Virus record (IMG/VR): IMGVR_UViG_3300046694_000223
Coordinates: 1 to 64,000 of that record
Reading direction: 5' to 3' (one strand)
From: a virus
DNA: 64,000 nucleotides
The translations under genes and the position numbers were made by a program. The notes beneath the pieces are model-generated. The model searched no databases. It was not told the origin of the DNA and saw only the letters and a list, made by a program, of their open reading frames with translations. This document shows positions 30,528-41,557 of this stretch, one piece after another. How positions within the stretch are numbered: position 1 is the stretch's first letter; every line of letters starts with the position of its first letter.

Positions 30528-32000
30528 CTAAGAGTCTATAAGTCCCAAGTTGATTGCTGCAAATCTTGTTCTTGCTTTCAAAGTATCGACATTATCTCTG
30601 CCTATTAATTGCGTCTTGATAGAAACTTGAACAATTCCAAGTGTCGCATGGTCAATGTGAGAAGTGCAAGCCAAAACAATATCTGCGCGCTTCACCATAT
30701 TTTTTAATACATCGTAGCTTTCTTCGTAAGGATTATGTGTTTCAACATTGCCGTTCGCCTTCAAAAGTGCTTCTTTGTATTTTGTTAAATTTCTAGAACC
30801 AACAATTAAAACATTTGCTCCTTTAAGATCGAAGGTAAAAATATCCTTTTCGTCCTCTTCTTTGTTGTTTTCTTCATCAGGAACGAATTTTTTTTCGATG
30901 TCCTCTCCGGTTTTTTCAATGGGCTTATCCCCCTCAGTCTTAGTTGGATCAAGATTATAAAGTAGTCGAATGATGTATGCTGTGTCGCCAAATAATAGGG
31001 CTTCGCAAGGAATATCTACTTTTAATTTAACGCCACTCGCAAAAATTCTATAAGAAGTTCCGTCAATATCTGAAAAGTAAAGCGTTTCTCCTCTATCTAG
31101 AATAAAGCCATATCTCGTTTCACGCTCACTCTGTTTATACAAATCTCTTCTAATATCTGTTCCTTTTGAGGTTAACTTTTTGTGAGTTTGTTGTAACTTT
31201 TTAAATCTGTAGTAAATTTTAGATATCCCTTCAAATAGATCAAAATTTTCAATATTGATTTTTCTTCCTATAATATCTATTGTTCTTTGGATATCAAGAT
31301 TATTTTCTAATTCTTCACATCTATTCTTATATACTTTCATTTCTTTAGTAATATTTACTAACGATCTATTAAGATCAACTATTTGTTCTTGTAATTCTTC
31401 ATTTTTTAAATGGACATTCATTACTTCTTTCTCTTTTAATGCAATTTTTAATTTACTGTTTACTTCTTTGATCTGCAGTATCTCATTGTTTTTAGAAGCA
31501 ATGTTCCCCTTCATCTTTTTTATTTCTGCTTTGAGAATTGATATTTGCTCAAGAAGTACATTTTCAGATAAATCAAATATGCTATTATTTAATTCTTCAA
31601 TCTTATTGTTTTTTTCATTTAATTCATTTTGCAGTAACTTATTCTCGGACTGGATCTCGTTGATGCAAACGTTACTGTTAAAAGACAAATCTTCCATCTT
31701 TTTTATCTCATTTTTTAAATCTCGGACTTCTTTTCTTAAGCTAATTTCATTTTCATTCTTAATTATCGTTTTTTTCATTAACTTATCTTTGCTTGTTTTC
31801 ATTTCTCTGTAAAGTTTTTTGTAGTCTATAGAAGCTGTTTTGGTTTTATTTTGTGTGACTGTGTGAGTAGAAACAACTTCTTTGTGTTTGGTTTTAAGTT
31901 TTTCAATCAACTTATTCTTATGATCCCTACTAGAGTCTATATCATTATTTCTTTTCTGTTTTAATGAGTCTAGATTTCTGTTCATGTTCATTATTATCAC
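30528..32000 (-). CDS. Coiled-coil protein with C-terminal DUF2325-like domain
   Basis: Long heptad region; VLIVGS...RADIVLACTSHIDH. Confidence 0.7.
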   Translation of the reverse strand: MIIMNMNRNLDSLKQKRNNDIDSSRDHKNKLIEKLKTKHKEVVSTHTVTQNKTKTASIDYKKLYREMKTSKDKLMKKTIIKNENEISLRKEVRDLKNEIKKMEDLSFNSNVCINEIQSENKLLQNELNEKNNKIEELNNSIFDLSENVLLEQISILKAEIKKMKGNIASKNNEILQIKEVNSKLKIALKEKEVMNVHLKNEELQEQIVDLNRSLVNITKEMKVYKNRCEELENNLDIQRTIDIIGRKINIENFDLFEGISKIYYRFKKLQQTHKKLTSKGTDIRRDLYKQSERETRYGFILDRGETLYFSDIDGTSYRIFASGVKLKVDIPCEALLFGDTAYIIRLLYNLDPTKTEGDKPIEKTGEDIEKKFVPDEENNKEEDEKDIFTFDLKGANVLIVGSRNLTKYKEALLKANGNVETHNPYEESYDVLKNMVKRADIVLACTSHIDHATLGIVQVSIKTQLIGRDNVDTLKARTRFAAINLGLIDS

Positions 32001-32249
32001 CCAATAACATTATACATTAAAATTAACGAATTCAAAACTCAGAAACAATCTTATAAAACTAACGTTTTACGTAAATAAATTATTTATCACTTCCACACCA
32101 TCTTCTTCGACAGTGAAGACGCTGCAAATTTTATCATCGATCCTCATATCATAAATGTATTCCTTGCTATAGCTTCCAATGTAATTAAAGGAGAGCTTGA
32201 TTTTTACATTGCCGATATTAATCCTTCCCTTCTTAATGAAATCTGGATT

Positions 32250-33026
32250 TTAAGACAATCTTGATAAACCGAACCGTTCAATGTCATCACGAGTAAGAAC
32301 GATTCCTTCCGAATTAGCATTATATGTTCCCGTATCGTCTTTAATCTTTTCTGCTGCCACATCTAAAGCTTCTTGTAGCTCACCAATAATATGCCGTGCA
32401 TTAGAATAAGCTTCGTCATGTAGGTCATCCGTTGCATTTTCTAAAATACTCTCTGCGTCAAACGAGGCACTACACGTTGATGTTCCGTAGATTTTAATAT
32501 TCAGAATTTGTTCAATTATATCTTCTTCAGTATCATCTTTCATATTATCATCTAACCAATATTCAATTTCTTCTGCTAAAGAATCCGTATCAATGTATTT
32601 GTTCCAATCATCTACAAATATCATCTTGTATTTATTGAGTGATTCCGAATATGATATCTTATTTGCCTTTTCCCAATTGGCTTTCTCGATTTGCCAAGAT
32701 GCTACGCCCCGTTCTTCTTTACTGCGTTCACATTGACATTCAACCCATCTCTTATCGACCAGATCATTACAATGTTTACAACGCTTACGGACACCGTTGT
32801 AGCAACTTGAACACCACACAATAGATTCTTTATTAAAAGGAAACCCACTACCTCCCAAGCTCTTACCGTTTACGGTCAATCCATATCTTGCATCATAGAT
32901 ATGAATTCCAAGCCCTTTACAATCATTACAAATTTCTTCGTTTAATTTCATATCTTTCTTTAGTTTGAAATCAACGTGTAAATCTATGTATTCTGTTTTA
33001 ATATGATCCTCAATATTCTCGCTCAT
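32250..33026 (-). CDS. Hypothetical protein with DnaJ-like zinc-finger motifs
   Basis: CNDCKGLG, CSSCYNG, CKHC. Confidence 0.6.
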   Translation of the reverse strand: MSENIEDHIKTEYIDLHVDFKLKKDMKLNEEICNDCKGLGIHIYDARYGLTVNGKSLGGSGFPFNKESIVWCSSCYNGVRKRCKHCNDLVDKRWVECQCERSKEERGVASWQIEKANWEKANKISYSESLNKYKMIFVDDWNKYIDTDSLAEEIEYWLDDNMKDDTEEDIIEQILNIKIYGTSTCSASFDAESILENATDDLHDEAYSNARHIIGELQEALDVAAEKIKDDTGTYNANSEGIVLTRDDIERFGLSRLS

Positions 33027-33062
33027 TTTCTTTTCTCCTCTTTTAATGAAATTTATGTTTTA

Positions 33063-33479
33063 TCAGATTATTTCTTTATTACAAAACAAACTTTCAAACC
33101 AGTTAGAATTTAGTTCAAATAAGAACTCCTTTGTACTACTTAAAATTCTCCAGATATTATTTTGTTCTTCTTCTTCAATTTCTTTAATTAAATAATAGTC
33201 ATAATGCTGCTTTAACCATCCCCATGTGTGATCAACGAATTTGCCATCTTTGGTTTTATTAATAAAGTGAACAACGATTGCATTCTTATCACTCTTATCT
33301 ACAGCAACACAAGAGTAGACTTTCTCAGCCTTTCTCTCATGAACCTTTTGTACTGCATTGAGATGACATCTTTGAGTGTAATTTATCTCCCCAAGATCAA
33401 ATTGTGATGAGTCTAATTTTTCAAAATTTGAAATGACGTATTGGTATATTTTATTTTTGACTCGTTTTTCTGCCTTCAT
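33063..33479 (-). CDS. Hypothetical protein
   Basis: ORF track; coupled to the upstream gene. Confidence 0.6.
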   Translation of the reverse strand: MKAEKRVKNKIYQYVISNFEKLDSSQFDLGEINYTQRCHLNAVQKVHERKAEKVYSCVAVDKSDKNAIVVHFINKTKDGKFVDHTWGWLKQHYDYYLIKEIEEEEQNNIWRILSSTKEFLFELNSNWFESLFCNKEII

Positions 33480-33950
33480 TTATTTTGCTCCTATGCATTT
33501 ACTGTATTCCTTGGATAACTCCTCAAACCACTTTCTATCGCCCATTACTAAAGCCATATCGATCATTTCCATATAATCTTCTGGTTTTAGAAATGTCTTA
33601 CCATAGTCAATAATTGTCCTGAATATTGCATGATCTTTTAGTTGTTCAAAAACACTATCATCATCTGGAAAATCTATGTATACGTCCAATTTAACTTCTG
33701 CACAAGAATATTCGTTTCTTAAAATTTTTTTAATTTCTTTTATGGTTAGTCTTCTTTGAATATCTCCTTCGAATTGAAAAACTACAATATGCTGTTTGAA
33801 GTGAAGCTGTCGTGTAATAAAGTTATAGTCAGCCCTATTAGGACTTAGAGATAATTCAATCCTTGGCTCGCCTTCAAACTCATGATACGTTTTCTTCAGG
33901 ACTTTAACGATAACATCAAATACTTGCTGTTTATTAAGTTCGAACATCAA
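33480..33950 (-). CDS. IDEAL-domain protein
   Basis: C-terminal MIDMALVMGDRKWFEELS. Confidence 0.7.
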   Translation of the reverse strand: MMFELNKQQVFDVIVKVLKKTYHEFEGEPRIELSLSPNRADYNFITRQLHFKQHIVVFQFEGDIQRRLTIKEIKKILRNEYSCAEVKLDVYIDFPDDDSVFEQLKDHAIFRTIIDYGKTFLKPEDYMEMIDMALVMGDRKWFEELSKEYSKCIGAK

Positions 33951-33963
33951 TTGTCCTCAATGA

Positions 33964-34407
33964 TCAATATGGATCATCTTTACTTTCATAATATTCGTAA
34001 TCATATGTATCGTATTGTTTCATATATTTATTCTTTAGAGCCATTTTCTTTTGATTCCATTCCCATTCAAAGTCATTGGATTTGGTTATCTCATCTTTCT
34101 TCATTAGTTTAATTTCATTAAAAATTGTAAACTTTTTACCCAAAGAGACTTGATGCTCATAAATCACAAACATAATCAAGTCAATACTGTCAGCATATCC
34201 AATTACAGAAATTATATCAGCATTACCATTGAGACCACTTTTATTAATATCATCCGTAACAATATATTTATCATTTACTTTATGATACACCGCAACCCAC
34301 TGTTCAAAATGTTTGGTGACTATCTTTCTTCCTAGATCATCAAATGATCGTTGAGGGCTGTTAATGATTTTTACATCGACTAATCTGTCGTAGTAAACTC
34401 GTGACAT
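33964..34407 (-). CDS. Hypothetical protein
   Basis: RBS ggagagg. Confidence 0.6.
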   Translation of the reverse strand: MSRVYYDRLVDVKIINSPQRSFDDLGRKIVTKHFEQWVAVYHKVNDKYIVTDDINKSGLNGNADIISVIGYADSIDLIMFVIYEHQVSLGKKFTIFNEIKLMKKDEITKSNDFEWEWNQKKMALKNKYMKQYDTYDYEYYESKDDPY

Positions 34408-34437
34408 TTTAATCCTCTCCTTATTATAGTTTGGTTT

Positions 34438-34626
34438 TCAAATACTCGATAGTTTTTCAAAAAAGATGCTTTCGCATTCGTCACATGGAGATGGTACGGA
34501 TACCTCTTCTGCAAACTCATAAATCCGATTACACTTTGAGCACTTCCATTTTTTCGATACCATTCTCAATCCTCCGATTTTGTCAGGGAATCTACCCATA
34601 TGTCTGATTACATCATGCTCATTCAT
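34438..34626 (-). CDS. Small zinc-ribbon protein
   Basis: WKCSKC...PCDEC. Confidence 0.55.
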   Translation of the reverse strand: MNEHDVIRHMGRFPDKIGGLRMVSKKWKCSKCNRIYEFAEEVSVPSPCDECESIFFEKLSSI

Positions 34627-34829
34627 TTATTACTATCATCTCCTATAAATCTTCATTTAATAAAAAGCACACTCTTTTCGCATAGTCTTCATTATAAAAT
34701 TTAGCAATTATCAAGTCCTGTATACTATGACCATAGAAGTCTCCGTCTTCTTCTAATAGATATGTTTCTTTCGTTGCTTCATTCGTCTTTAAAAAGAATC
34801 TTTCCATTGCGCAACCCCTTTTTTTTATA

Positions 34830-35222
34830 TTAGTCATCCTCCAGCAACTTATCTTTCAATGCCTTTTGTAACAACCGAGAAAAGTTAATCCCTCTTTTTT
34901 CTGCTTCCTCATTTAGATCTTCTGGGATGGTTAGCGTTTTCTTAACGTATTTAATTTTACTTGAAGCTGTATAAGAAGCTAACGCAGTAAATTGTCCTTT
35001 GCTTAGTATAACTTGCTCAATTGGCGTTGGTTCTGGTATTTGTTCTCCATCGTCTAGACGACTCTGTATAGTTAGTTTAAGTACTTCATTCGCTCTTTTG
35101 AACGCTACAGATAAGGTGTCTGCTTGAGACAGAGCCTCTTCTAGGTCTGGGAAGGAAATCTCTATATGGCTTTCGTTACAATCCAGCAATGCAACATATG
35201 TATATATCGTTTCATTAATCAT
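34830..35222 (-). CDS. hicB: HicB-family antitoxin (orphan)
   Basis: ISFPDL..A.SQADT...IPEPT plus RHH tail VKKTLTIPEDL..EAEKRGINFSRLLQKALK. Confidence 0.88.
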   Translation of the reverse strand: MINETIYTYVALLDCNESHIEISFPDLEEALSQADTLSVAFKRANEVLKLTIQSRLDDGEQIPEPTPIEQVILSKGQFTALASYTASSKIKYVKKTLTIPEDLNEEAEKRGINFSRLLQKALKDKLLEDD

Positions 35223-35250
35223 TGTTATCCCCCTTTAACTTGTCAGGGAT

Positions 35251-35279
35251 ACTATAGCACGTATCAAGCACGTGTTCAA
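35251..35279 (-). promoter_or_regulatory. SigA-type promoter of hicB with repeated operator-like boxes
   Basis: TTGAAC-N17-TATAGT; acgtgct occurs twice, 11 bp apart, across the spacer. Confidence 0.7.
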
Positions 35280-35347
35280 GGCAAGTCTTCATAAAAGTAA
35301 AGTTTTATCAACTTTTAGCAATGAAAATACCCAATGTTAGTGCGGTT

Positions 35348-35560
35348 TTATTTAAGCCAATAATGATTTCTAATGTCTTCAATGTCTTCTTCGGACAGTT
35401 CTTGAATCCAGCTCTCATATTTTCTCATCATTCCATCATTACCCTCGTTAAAATTCCACTTGGCTCCTTGCAATTCATATTGAAAAAATGTTCCCAACAT
35501 CCAATGAGTTTCGCAATGTCCACTATATTTTGATTCGTTACCGCAGTAATTACATTTCAT
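35348..35560 (-). CDS. Hypothetical protein
   Basis: ORF track; overlaps the upstream stop. Confidence 0.55.
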   Translation of the reverse strand: MKCNYCGNESKYSGHCETHWMLGTFFQYELQGAKWNFNEGNDGMMRKYESWIQELSEEDIEDIRNHYWLK

Positions 35561-36122
35561 TATTAGACCTACTCTCTTCTCTTAGTCTCAACACTTCCAG
35601 TTTTCTAATTTTCAACTCATCTAAAATCACTTCTTCAGGAATCAAATTACCGAATCCAACTTTTTCTCTAGTAAAATCACTGTCTACGCCCACATTAATT
35701 TGATTAATCAACCTCGATGGACGTTCGTGAATATGCCCATGGATCGAGTAAGCATTAGGCGTGAGACCAATCTCAATTGGATAATGGAACAGAAATAGAT
35801 GTTGCTTATCAATTTTCTTTTCAATCATCGGTTCTATGGATTGAAAATATTGAGCCATTTTATTTACAACTTTACGGTCATCATGATTACCAAAGATGAG
35901 ATGAATTTTGCCCCTTAGTCTGTCGAGAGTTTCTTCACACTTAGTTACTCCGCCAAGGGCGAAGTCTCCCAGATGATATACTGTATCATGTGACTTTACT
36001 TTACTGTTCCAATTATCAATAAACTTCTCATTCATTTCTTCAATTGAGTCAAATGGTCTATTGGATAATCGGATAACATTCTTATGATGAAAATGAGTAT
36101 CTGCTGTATAATAAGTTGCCAA
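35550..36122 (-). CDS. Calcineurin-like metallophosphoesterase
   Basis: ADTHF, HLGDF, GNHD, HYP and HGHIH motifs. Confidence 0.9.
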   Translation of the reverse strand: MATYYTADTHFHHKNVIRLSNRPFDSIEEMNEKFIDNWNSKVKSHDTVYHLGDFALGGVTKCEETLDRLRGKIHLIFGNHDDRKVVNKMAQYFQSIEPMIEKKIDKQHLFLFHYPIEIGLTPNAYSIHGHIHERPSRLINQINVGVDSDFTREKVGFGNLIPEEVILDELKIRKLEVLRLREESRSNNEM

Positions 36123-36137
36123 ATTAATCTTCTCCTT

Positions 36138-37901
36138 TTATGATTTAATGGCACTCCTTAGTTTGGTCATAATTTCTTCAACGACCTCACCTGTTCCACA
36201 TTCATATGTCCATTCGTCTTCAAATTTCTTTTCTATCCAATTTAAAACTTTAGATGCTCTTCCTAGTTTTTTCTCTAATGATTCATAGATATTTATGTAT
36301 TCATGTTTTGTATGGACTCCCCAACTCTGCATATAGCCAATATTTTCAAATATCATTGAATCGATCTCGTCTCTAAATACAGAAGGTTTTACTGGAGTTT
36401 TTAGTCCAATTGAGACAAACAATTCATGCTCCGTCGTTAAGTTATCATCATTCATAATGGCTCCCCTTTATTCATGAAATTCAGTTTTCATCATCCATTT
36501 CTCTTATAACTTCATTGTGCAATCTGTCTAATTCCTCTTCTTCGCATTTAATACTACATAATGGTTTCCATAGCCAAAAATTATATAATTTTGTTATCCT
36601 GCCGCATACTTCGCAAAACACGCCCTCATCCTTTAAGTGAATTAACAATTAAAATACTTCTCCTTTCCAAATAAAAGTCTCATTTGATTAAAACTCTTCA
36701 GTCACATCGTACACGTTTCTCCTTAAAATGACGATGTTCTTTATCTTCGGATTATTTTGAAGTGTCCTCAAACGAGTGACAACTTCATCGTAATTGTTCC
36801 AATCCATATATTTGGGCTCATACTCTCCAGACGAAGACCTTTTGAGATACTGAATTTTATAGTGTGACTTCAAATGTGTTCCTGTTTCGTAACTCATCAA
36901 AGTGCTCCTCTCTTAATTCAATTCAATTTCTTTAATGCTTAACTCAATAGGATATCTGTCGTACTCTTCATATTCATAACTCGATCTTTCCCAGTACCAA
37001 ACAGTCTCGGTCTTTATCTTGCTTTTATCACCTAGTAGAAATTCTTCCTTTTCATTATGTTCCTCTGGATCAACAATGTTTTCAGTTTTATTGATATGTA
37101 GTAGTCGATCTTCAAAATCTTGATCAGCATTATTCTTGTCACTAAAATATTTTTCGTAGGCGGGATAACCCATATAATCGATTTGCTCAACCTTATAAAT
37201 CATTATCATATGTATAAATCCTCCTCTAATCTATTTTGTACTAACTTCAATCTCTCTTTGTAACATGTCTCTAACTTCACGAAGCTCTGATTGATCTTTT
37301 TTGAGATTGTTGATGTGATAGACAATTTCTTTAGTTTGTTCCAGTTTCTCATAGTCTTTAATTTTAAATTGCAATGAAAATAATTTATCCTCAATAGTCT
37401 GAAATAATGTTGTTCTTTGTCCGTTTGTCAATTCCATTTAACTTCTCCTTTCTGATAAAAGCAGCCTTTTAACGTAAGTCTAAATATTTTACATAGCCCA
37501 CAATATCATTGTCAGACATGTATTTGCTTCCGATTTTCTTTGCAAATTTGATTTCTGCTATATTTTCAGTTTCGCTTAAATCAGCAGCAAACAAATGCCA
37601 ATCATCGTTTAACCTAAGCTCTGTTCGTCCACGCTTTTCCAGTCGTTGCCAAAGATTCATCCTATATTTCTCCTTCCCATGTTTTCATTGCATCTTTGTA
37701 TTCAACTCCCATATTGCCAGACAATAAAAACAATAATTCAAACTCATTATCTACAAAGTAAGATTGATTCCTTTCCGTATTCATCAATTGATAGTAGTTG
37801 TTTTGGAATTTGGGATGTATTTTTAATTCAGCATCAAATATTTCTCCCACAACATCTTTGTACCAATGACCATCTTTTGCGCTTATTATTTTTATTATCA
37901 T
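36138..37901 (-). CDS. Run of small hypothetical genes (36138-36455, about 36483-36650, 36688-36900, 36913-37209, 37231-37437, 37469-37660, 37662-37901)
   Basis: Co-oriented short ORFs, most with a GGAG-type RBS. Confidence 0.6.
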
Positions 37902-37924
37902 GTGTAATTCCTCCTAAGAGCTAA

Positions 37925-38101
37925 TTACTTCTCATGCTGTCGCTTCTTGCATAATTGTATGTATGAATCTATTGTGATGAGTATGAATGCTAATGTTATG
38001 CATAACCATCCGTTAGTTTTGGGCAAGTCGGTTAAAATTGAATATATGTATATAATGATAAACCAGAGTGTTATTGATGCTGTTATGGTGAATTTGTTTA
38101 T
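37925..38101 (-). CDS. 58-aa two-TM membrane protein with ATA start, not in the ORF track
   Basis: GGAGG RBS then (M)NKFTITASITLWFIIIYIYSILTDLPKTNGWLCITLAFILITIDSYIQLCKKRQHEK. Confidence 0.55.
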   Translation of the reverse strand: MNKFTITASITLWFIIIYIYSILTDLPKTNGWLCITLAFILITIDSYIQLCKKRQHEK

Positions 38102-38415
38102 ATGGGAGACCTCCTTGGAATCAATTTTATTACATTTATTTATATATGTATATATTTATTTATTAAATCAATTTTGAATCATTTTTAAAACAAAACATAG
38201 TTTTCGTTTGGTTTAATCGGTTGCCACACCTTTAATGATATTCAGTTCGTTTTTGAGTTGAAGAATTTCATCATCTTTCTCTTTTAGTTCCTTCTGGTAA
38301 TATTCAATTTCACATCCGATACATTGACTGTAGATGTACGCTGGTTCTATTTGGTGTCTTTTACATACTTTAGTTGTCATCTTTAATCTCCTTATGAAAT
38401 AGATATTTGATTTGG

Positions 38416-40192
38416 TTAATTAACTTTAATTGTAATTTCAAAATGATGCTTTTCATTTGGTTCAACCAATCCATCTAATAAATCATTTGGATAGATCTGA
38501 TATAGTCCTTTATTGAAAACAGATTTCTCAAATTTGCTCGGTACTCTTCCAGTGATATTCTTAAAATCCTCCTTGGTAACATCAAAACAAAATGACTCAT
38601 GGTCTCCACTCGATATTCCATTGAATTGATATGTTTTTTCTTTCATAATATCCATCCTTTCTTGATAAAACAGGTATTTCAAACGATATTGCTATGCTTT
38701 TCAAGAAAAGCTTTTGCCTCATCTAGCTTTTTTTGAAGCTCAATCTCTTCTTTTTCATTTTTCAATTGATTTCTTTTGACTACATTTTCTTCAGCTTTGC
38801 TTTCAAGGTCGTTATATTGATCTTGATCATAAAGGAGCGATAGAGGAATGAATTTATCAAAGTATTCATCTCCCCACCCGTTTATGTAGTGACTCACTTT
38901 GATGTTAAGACCTTTGTAAACAGCATCAACACTGGTGATTTCATAGTACTTATTATCGATATCTCCATAAAAAGAAATTATACTTTCAATTACTTTCTCA
39001 ATTCTATTGTGATGCTTATGATAAAATTCTATAATTTCTTGATTAATCATCTACTCCGCTCCTTTATAAATTTTAATGAAACTCGCCTTTCGTGATAATA
39101 TTCATATATAATTATCTGCGATATACAACCCATTCTCTGCAATTCAGTTTATTCTGTGCTTCTTCTTGTGTGACCGATCTTCCAGATCCATCAGCATATA
39201 TAACTCTTATTTTTCCCCATCCCTCACTATCTACAGCACTATCCCAAGAGACCAACATGTGTCCAAGGATACGACTAAATACGAATTCACACCCATCAAT
39301 ATCATGAATCTGAAATCCATCTAACTCTGTCATTGGTTATGTCTCCTTCATGATTTCTTTTTTAAACAACAATATTATAATATTTACACTCATGCACAAC
39401 TTTCCGATATTCATCTACTTGGTAATAATCATCATTCTTTTCCATATCAATAACCGTATTCTCTTTATCTCCAATCTCAACCGTGAATCTCAGGTTGAAA
39501 TATTGAATCACTCTACATGGATATGTATAAACCACTTTCCCTAAATCAACAGCACGTTTGATTTTATAATCAATCTCTTCATATGTATCGCACTTCATTG
39601 TACTAACTGGACACAACTCCATATATTTATCTCTTACATATTGGCTAATTTTCATAAGTTCCCTCCAAAGTGTTAAAATGTTGAGCGACAATCTCATCGT
39701 GTTGTCCCTGATCATAAGCCATTTTATAATGATGTTCTCTGATTGTGTCGAAAGAATTTGACCAGAATAAACGAACAATGACATTAGTCTTCAGTCTCCG
39801 AAAATATTTAATCATTTAATAATCGCTCCTCCAGTGATATTTACAAAATCTCCATTACGATAAAGCTTGATTGGTCTGTTGTTATCATCTTCTTGATACT
39901 TAACGAGTTCTTCATATGTATTATTTGTGGGCTTAAAACTCAAACCATCTCTTGTTGTGTATTCATGCTTACCATCGACAATAAAACTTGTGCATCTTCG
40001 TTCATCATTTTCTCCCCAACATAGTGAAAGGATTGCCTGGATATCTGAGTTGAGTTTCTGATTTGCTTTGGATTCTTTTTTAATATGTATCGTCTCCTTA
40101 GAAATAAAATAAAGTACAGGCGTGTTTCTTAACCTGTACTCATCATAACATATATTATTATGTTTGTATATATATTTATTTATTAAATTCAT
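38416..40192 (-). CDS. Run of small hypothetical genes (38416-38646, 38679-39050, 39112-39333, 39362-39655, 39812-40192)
   Basis: Co-oriented ORFs; starts adjusted to RBS or stop overlap. Confidence 0.6.
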
Positions 40193-40929
40193 TCGAAGTA
40201 CTTTTCTAACCAAGGATCAACTTCTAGGATAGATGATTTGATGCCTTCGGCTAGTTGAGTAATCTCAAACTGAGCACCTTTTCCCGGCTTTCGTTTAGAG
40301 TAAAAATCAAGGAGCGTACGAAGATTTCCTGTCATGATGATGTTTGTAGTTGCTGCTTGTGGTATCACTGCTCTCGCATCCTCTTGTGGGACTCCAGCCG
40401 CACGTAGTTGATCATAAGCGCCCTGAGCATATTTCATCGCTTCCTCAAAGATATCTCTTGCTGTTTGCATCTCTGAGAACTCACGTTCATTGACTTTTTC
40501 AGGCACAATATAATTAAACCCTTTTGATTTACTCTCTGTACTCATAGGAACATACCTCATTGATTGAATGCTAAAGGATAGATGTCTATGACGAGTAAGT
40601 TGAGCCATAAGAGCACGACTTACGCTCTCAATAGCAAATGTATAGTTAAGGTGCTCTAACGTGGAAGTGTGGCCCGAACCAGTGATATGGCGGAATAGAC
40701 GGTCTGCCTCCGTTCCACTTTCACCATCTGTGGCCTTATTACCAAAATACTTCTTTCCCTCCAAAGAGAAAATATCAGTAGGCTTATTTGCGCTATAACA
40801 ATTACGAATAGCCACCAGAGAAATAATTTGACCATCTTTGGGACTAGGAGATATCTCTTGCAATTCCGGCAAGAGTGTTCGGTAGAATTCATAAGATAAC
40901 TGTGTGTGTGCGATGAGCTGAATATTCAT
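40189..40929 (-). CDS. thyX: Flavin-dependent thymidylate synthase
   Basis: GHTSTLEH, SRALMAQLTRHRHLSFSIQSMRY (RHRx7S), EDARAV. Confidence 0.95.
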   Translation of the reverse strand: MNIQLIAHTQLSYEFYRTLLPELQEISPSPKDGQIISLVAIRNCYSANKPTDIFSLEGKKYFGNKATDGESGTEADRLFRHITGSGHTSTLEHLNYTFAIESVSRALMAQLTRHRHLSFSIQSMRYVPMSTESKSKGFNYIVPEKVNEREFSEMQTARDIFEEAMKYAQGAYDQLRAAGVPQEDARAVIPQAATTNIIMTGNLRTLLDFYSKRKPGKGAQFEITQLAEGIKSSILEVDPWLEKYFE

Positions 40930-40958
40930 TAATTAACTCCCTTAAATTTATTTTAGTT

Positions 40959-40984
40959 AAAAAGGCGATGGATTAACCACCGCC
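40959..40984 (-). terminator. Terminator after dut
   Basis: Minus strand ggcggtgg-ttaat-ccatcgcc then ttttt. Confidence 0.7.
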
Positions 40985-40999
40985 AGATATATTTATTTG

Positions 41000-41524
41000 C
41001 TATTTGCCCGTATGACCAAACCCGCCCGATCCTCGTTCTGTTTCGTCTAGTTCATCAACTTCGACAAATTTAACTGGTGGAACCTTGGCAACGACTCCTT
41101 GAGCAATGCGTTCTCCGTGCTTAACAGTAAATGACTCTTGCCCGTGGTTGATAAGAAGTACTTTAACTTCCCCTCGAAAATCGCTATCCACTGTTCCGGG
41201 AGTATTTAGCACCGTAATTCCATACTTATAAGCCAATCCGCTTCTTGGGCGAATCTGAAGCTCTTTGTTAAGCGGAATTGCAAAAGAAAGTCCTGTTGGA
41301 ATCAGTGCTCGTTGTCCTGGTTTAAGTATAATGGGTTCGCCCTCAATTGCTGCGTGGAAATCAAATCCGGCTGCTCCATTGCTTTGATATGATGGGATAG
41401 TCGCCAGTTCACTGAGTTTTTTTACTTTAATATTAGTAGTAAGATGCAATCTAACCCATTCACGCTGCATATCCTCATTCATAATCACTTCTTCTTGAAA
41501 TGGTTGTTTTATCATGTCTGTCAT
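41000..41524 (-). CDS. dut: Trimeric dUTPase
   Basis: AGFDF, RPRSG, GTVDSDFRGE, RIAQ and RGSGGFGHTG motifs. Confidence 0.96.
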   Translation of the reverse strand: MTDMIKQPFQEEVIMNEDMQREWVRLHLTTNIKVKKLSELATIPSYQSNGAAGFDFHAAIEGEPIILKPGQRALIPTGLSFAIPLNKELQIRPRSGLAYKYGITVLNTPGTVDSDFRGEVKVLLINHGQESFTVKHGERIAQGVVAKVPPVKFVEVDELDETERGSGGFGHTGK

Positions 41525-41557
41525 TTTTGGTTGATTTCTCCCTTATTATGTTTATTT

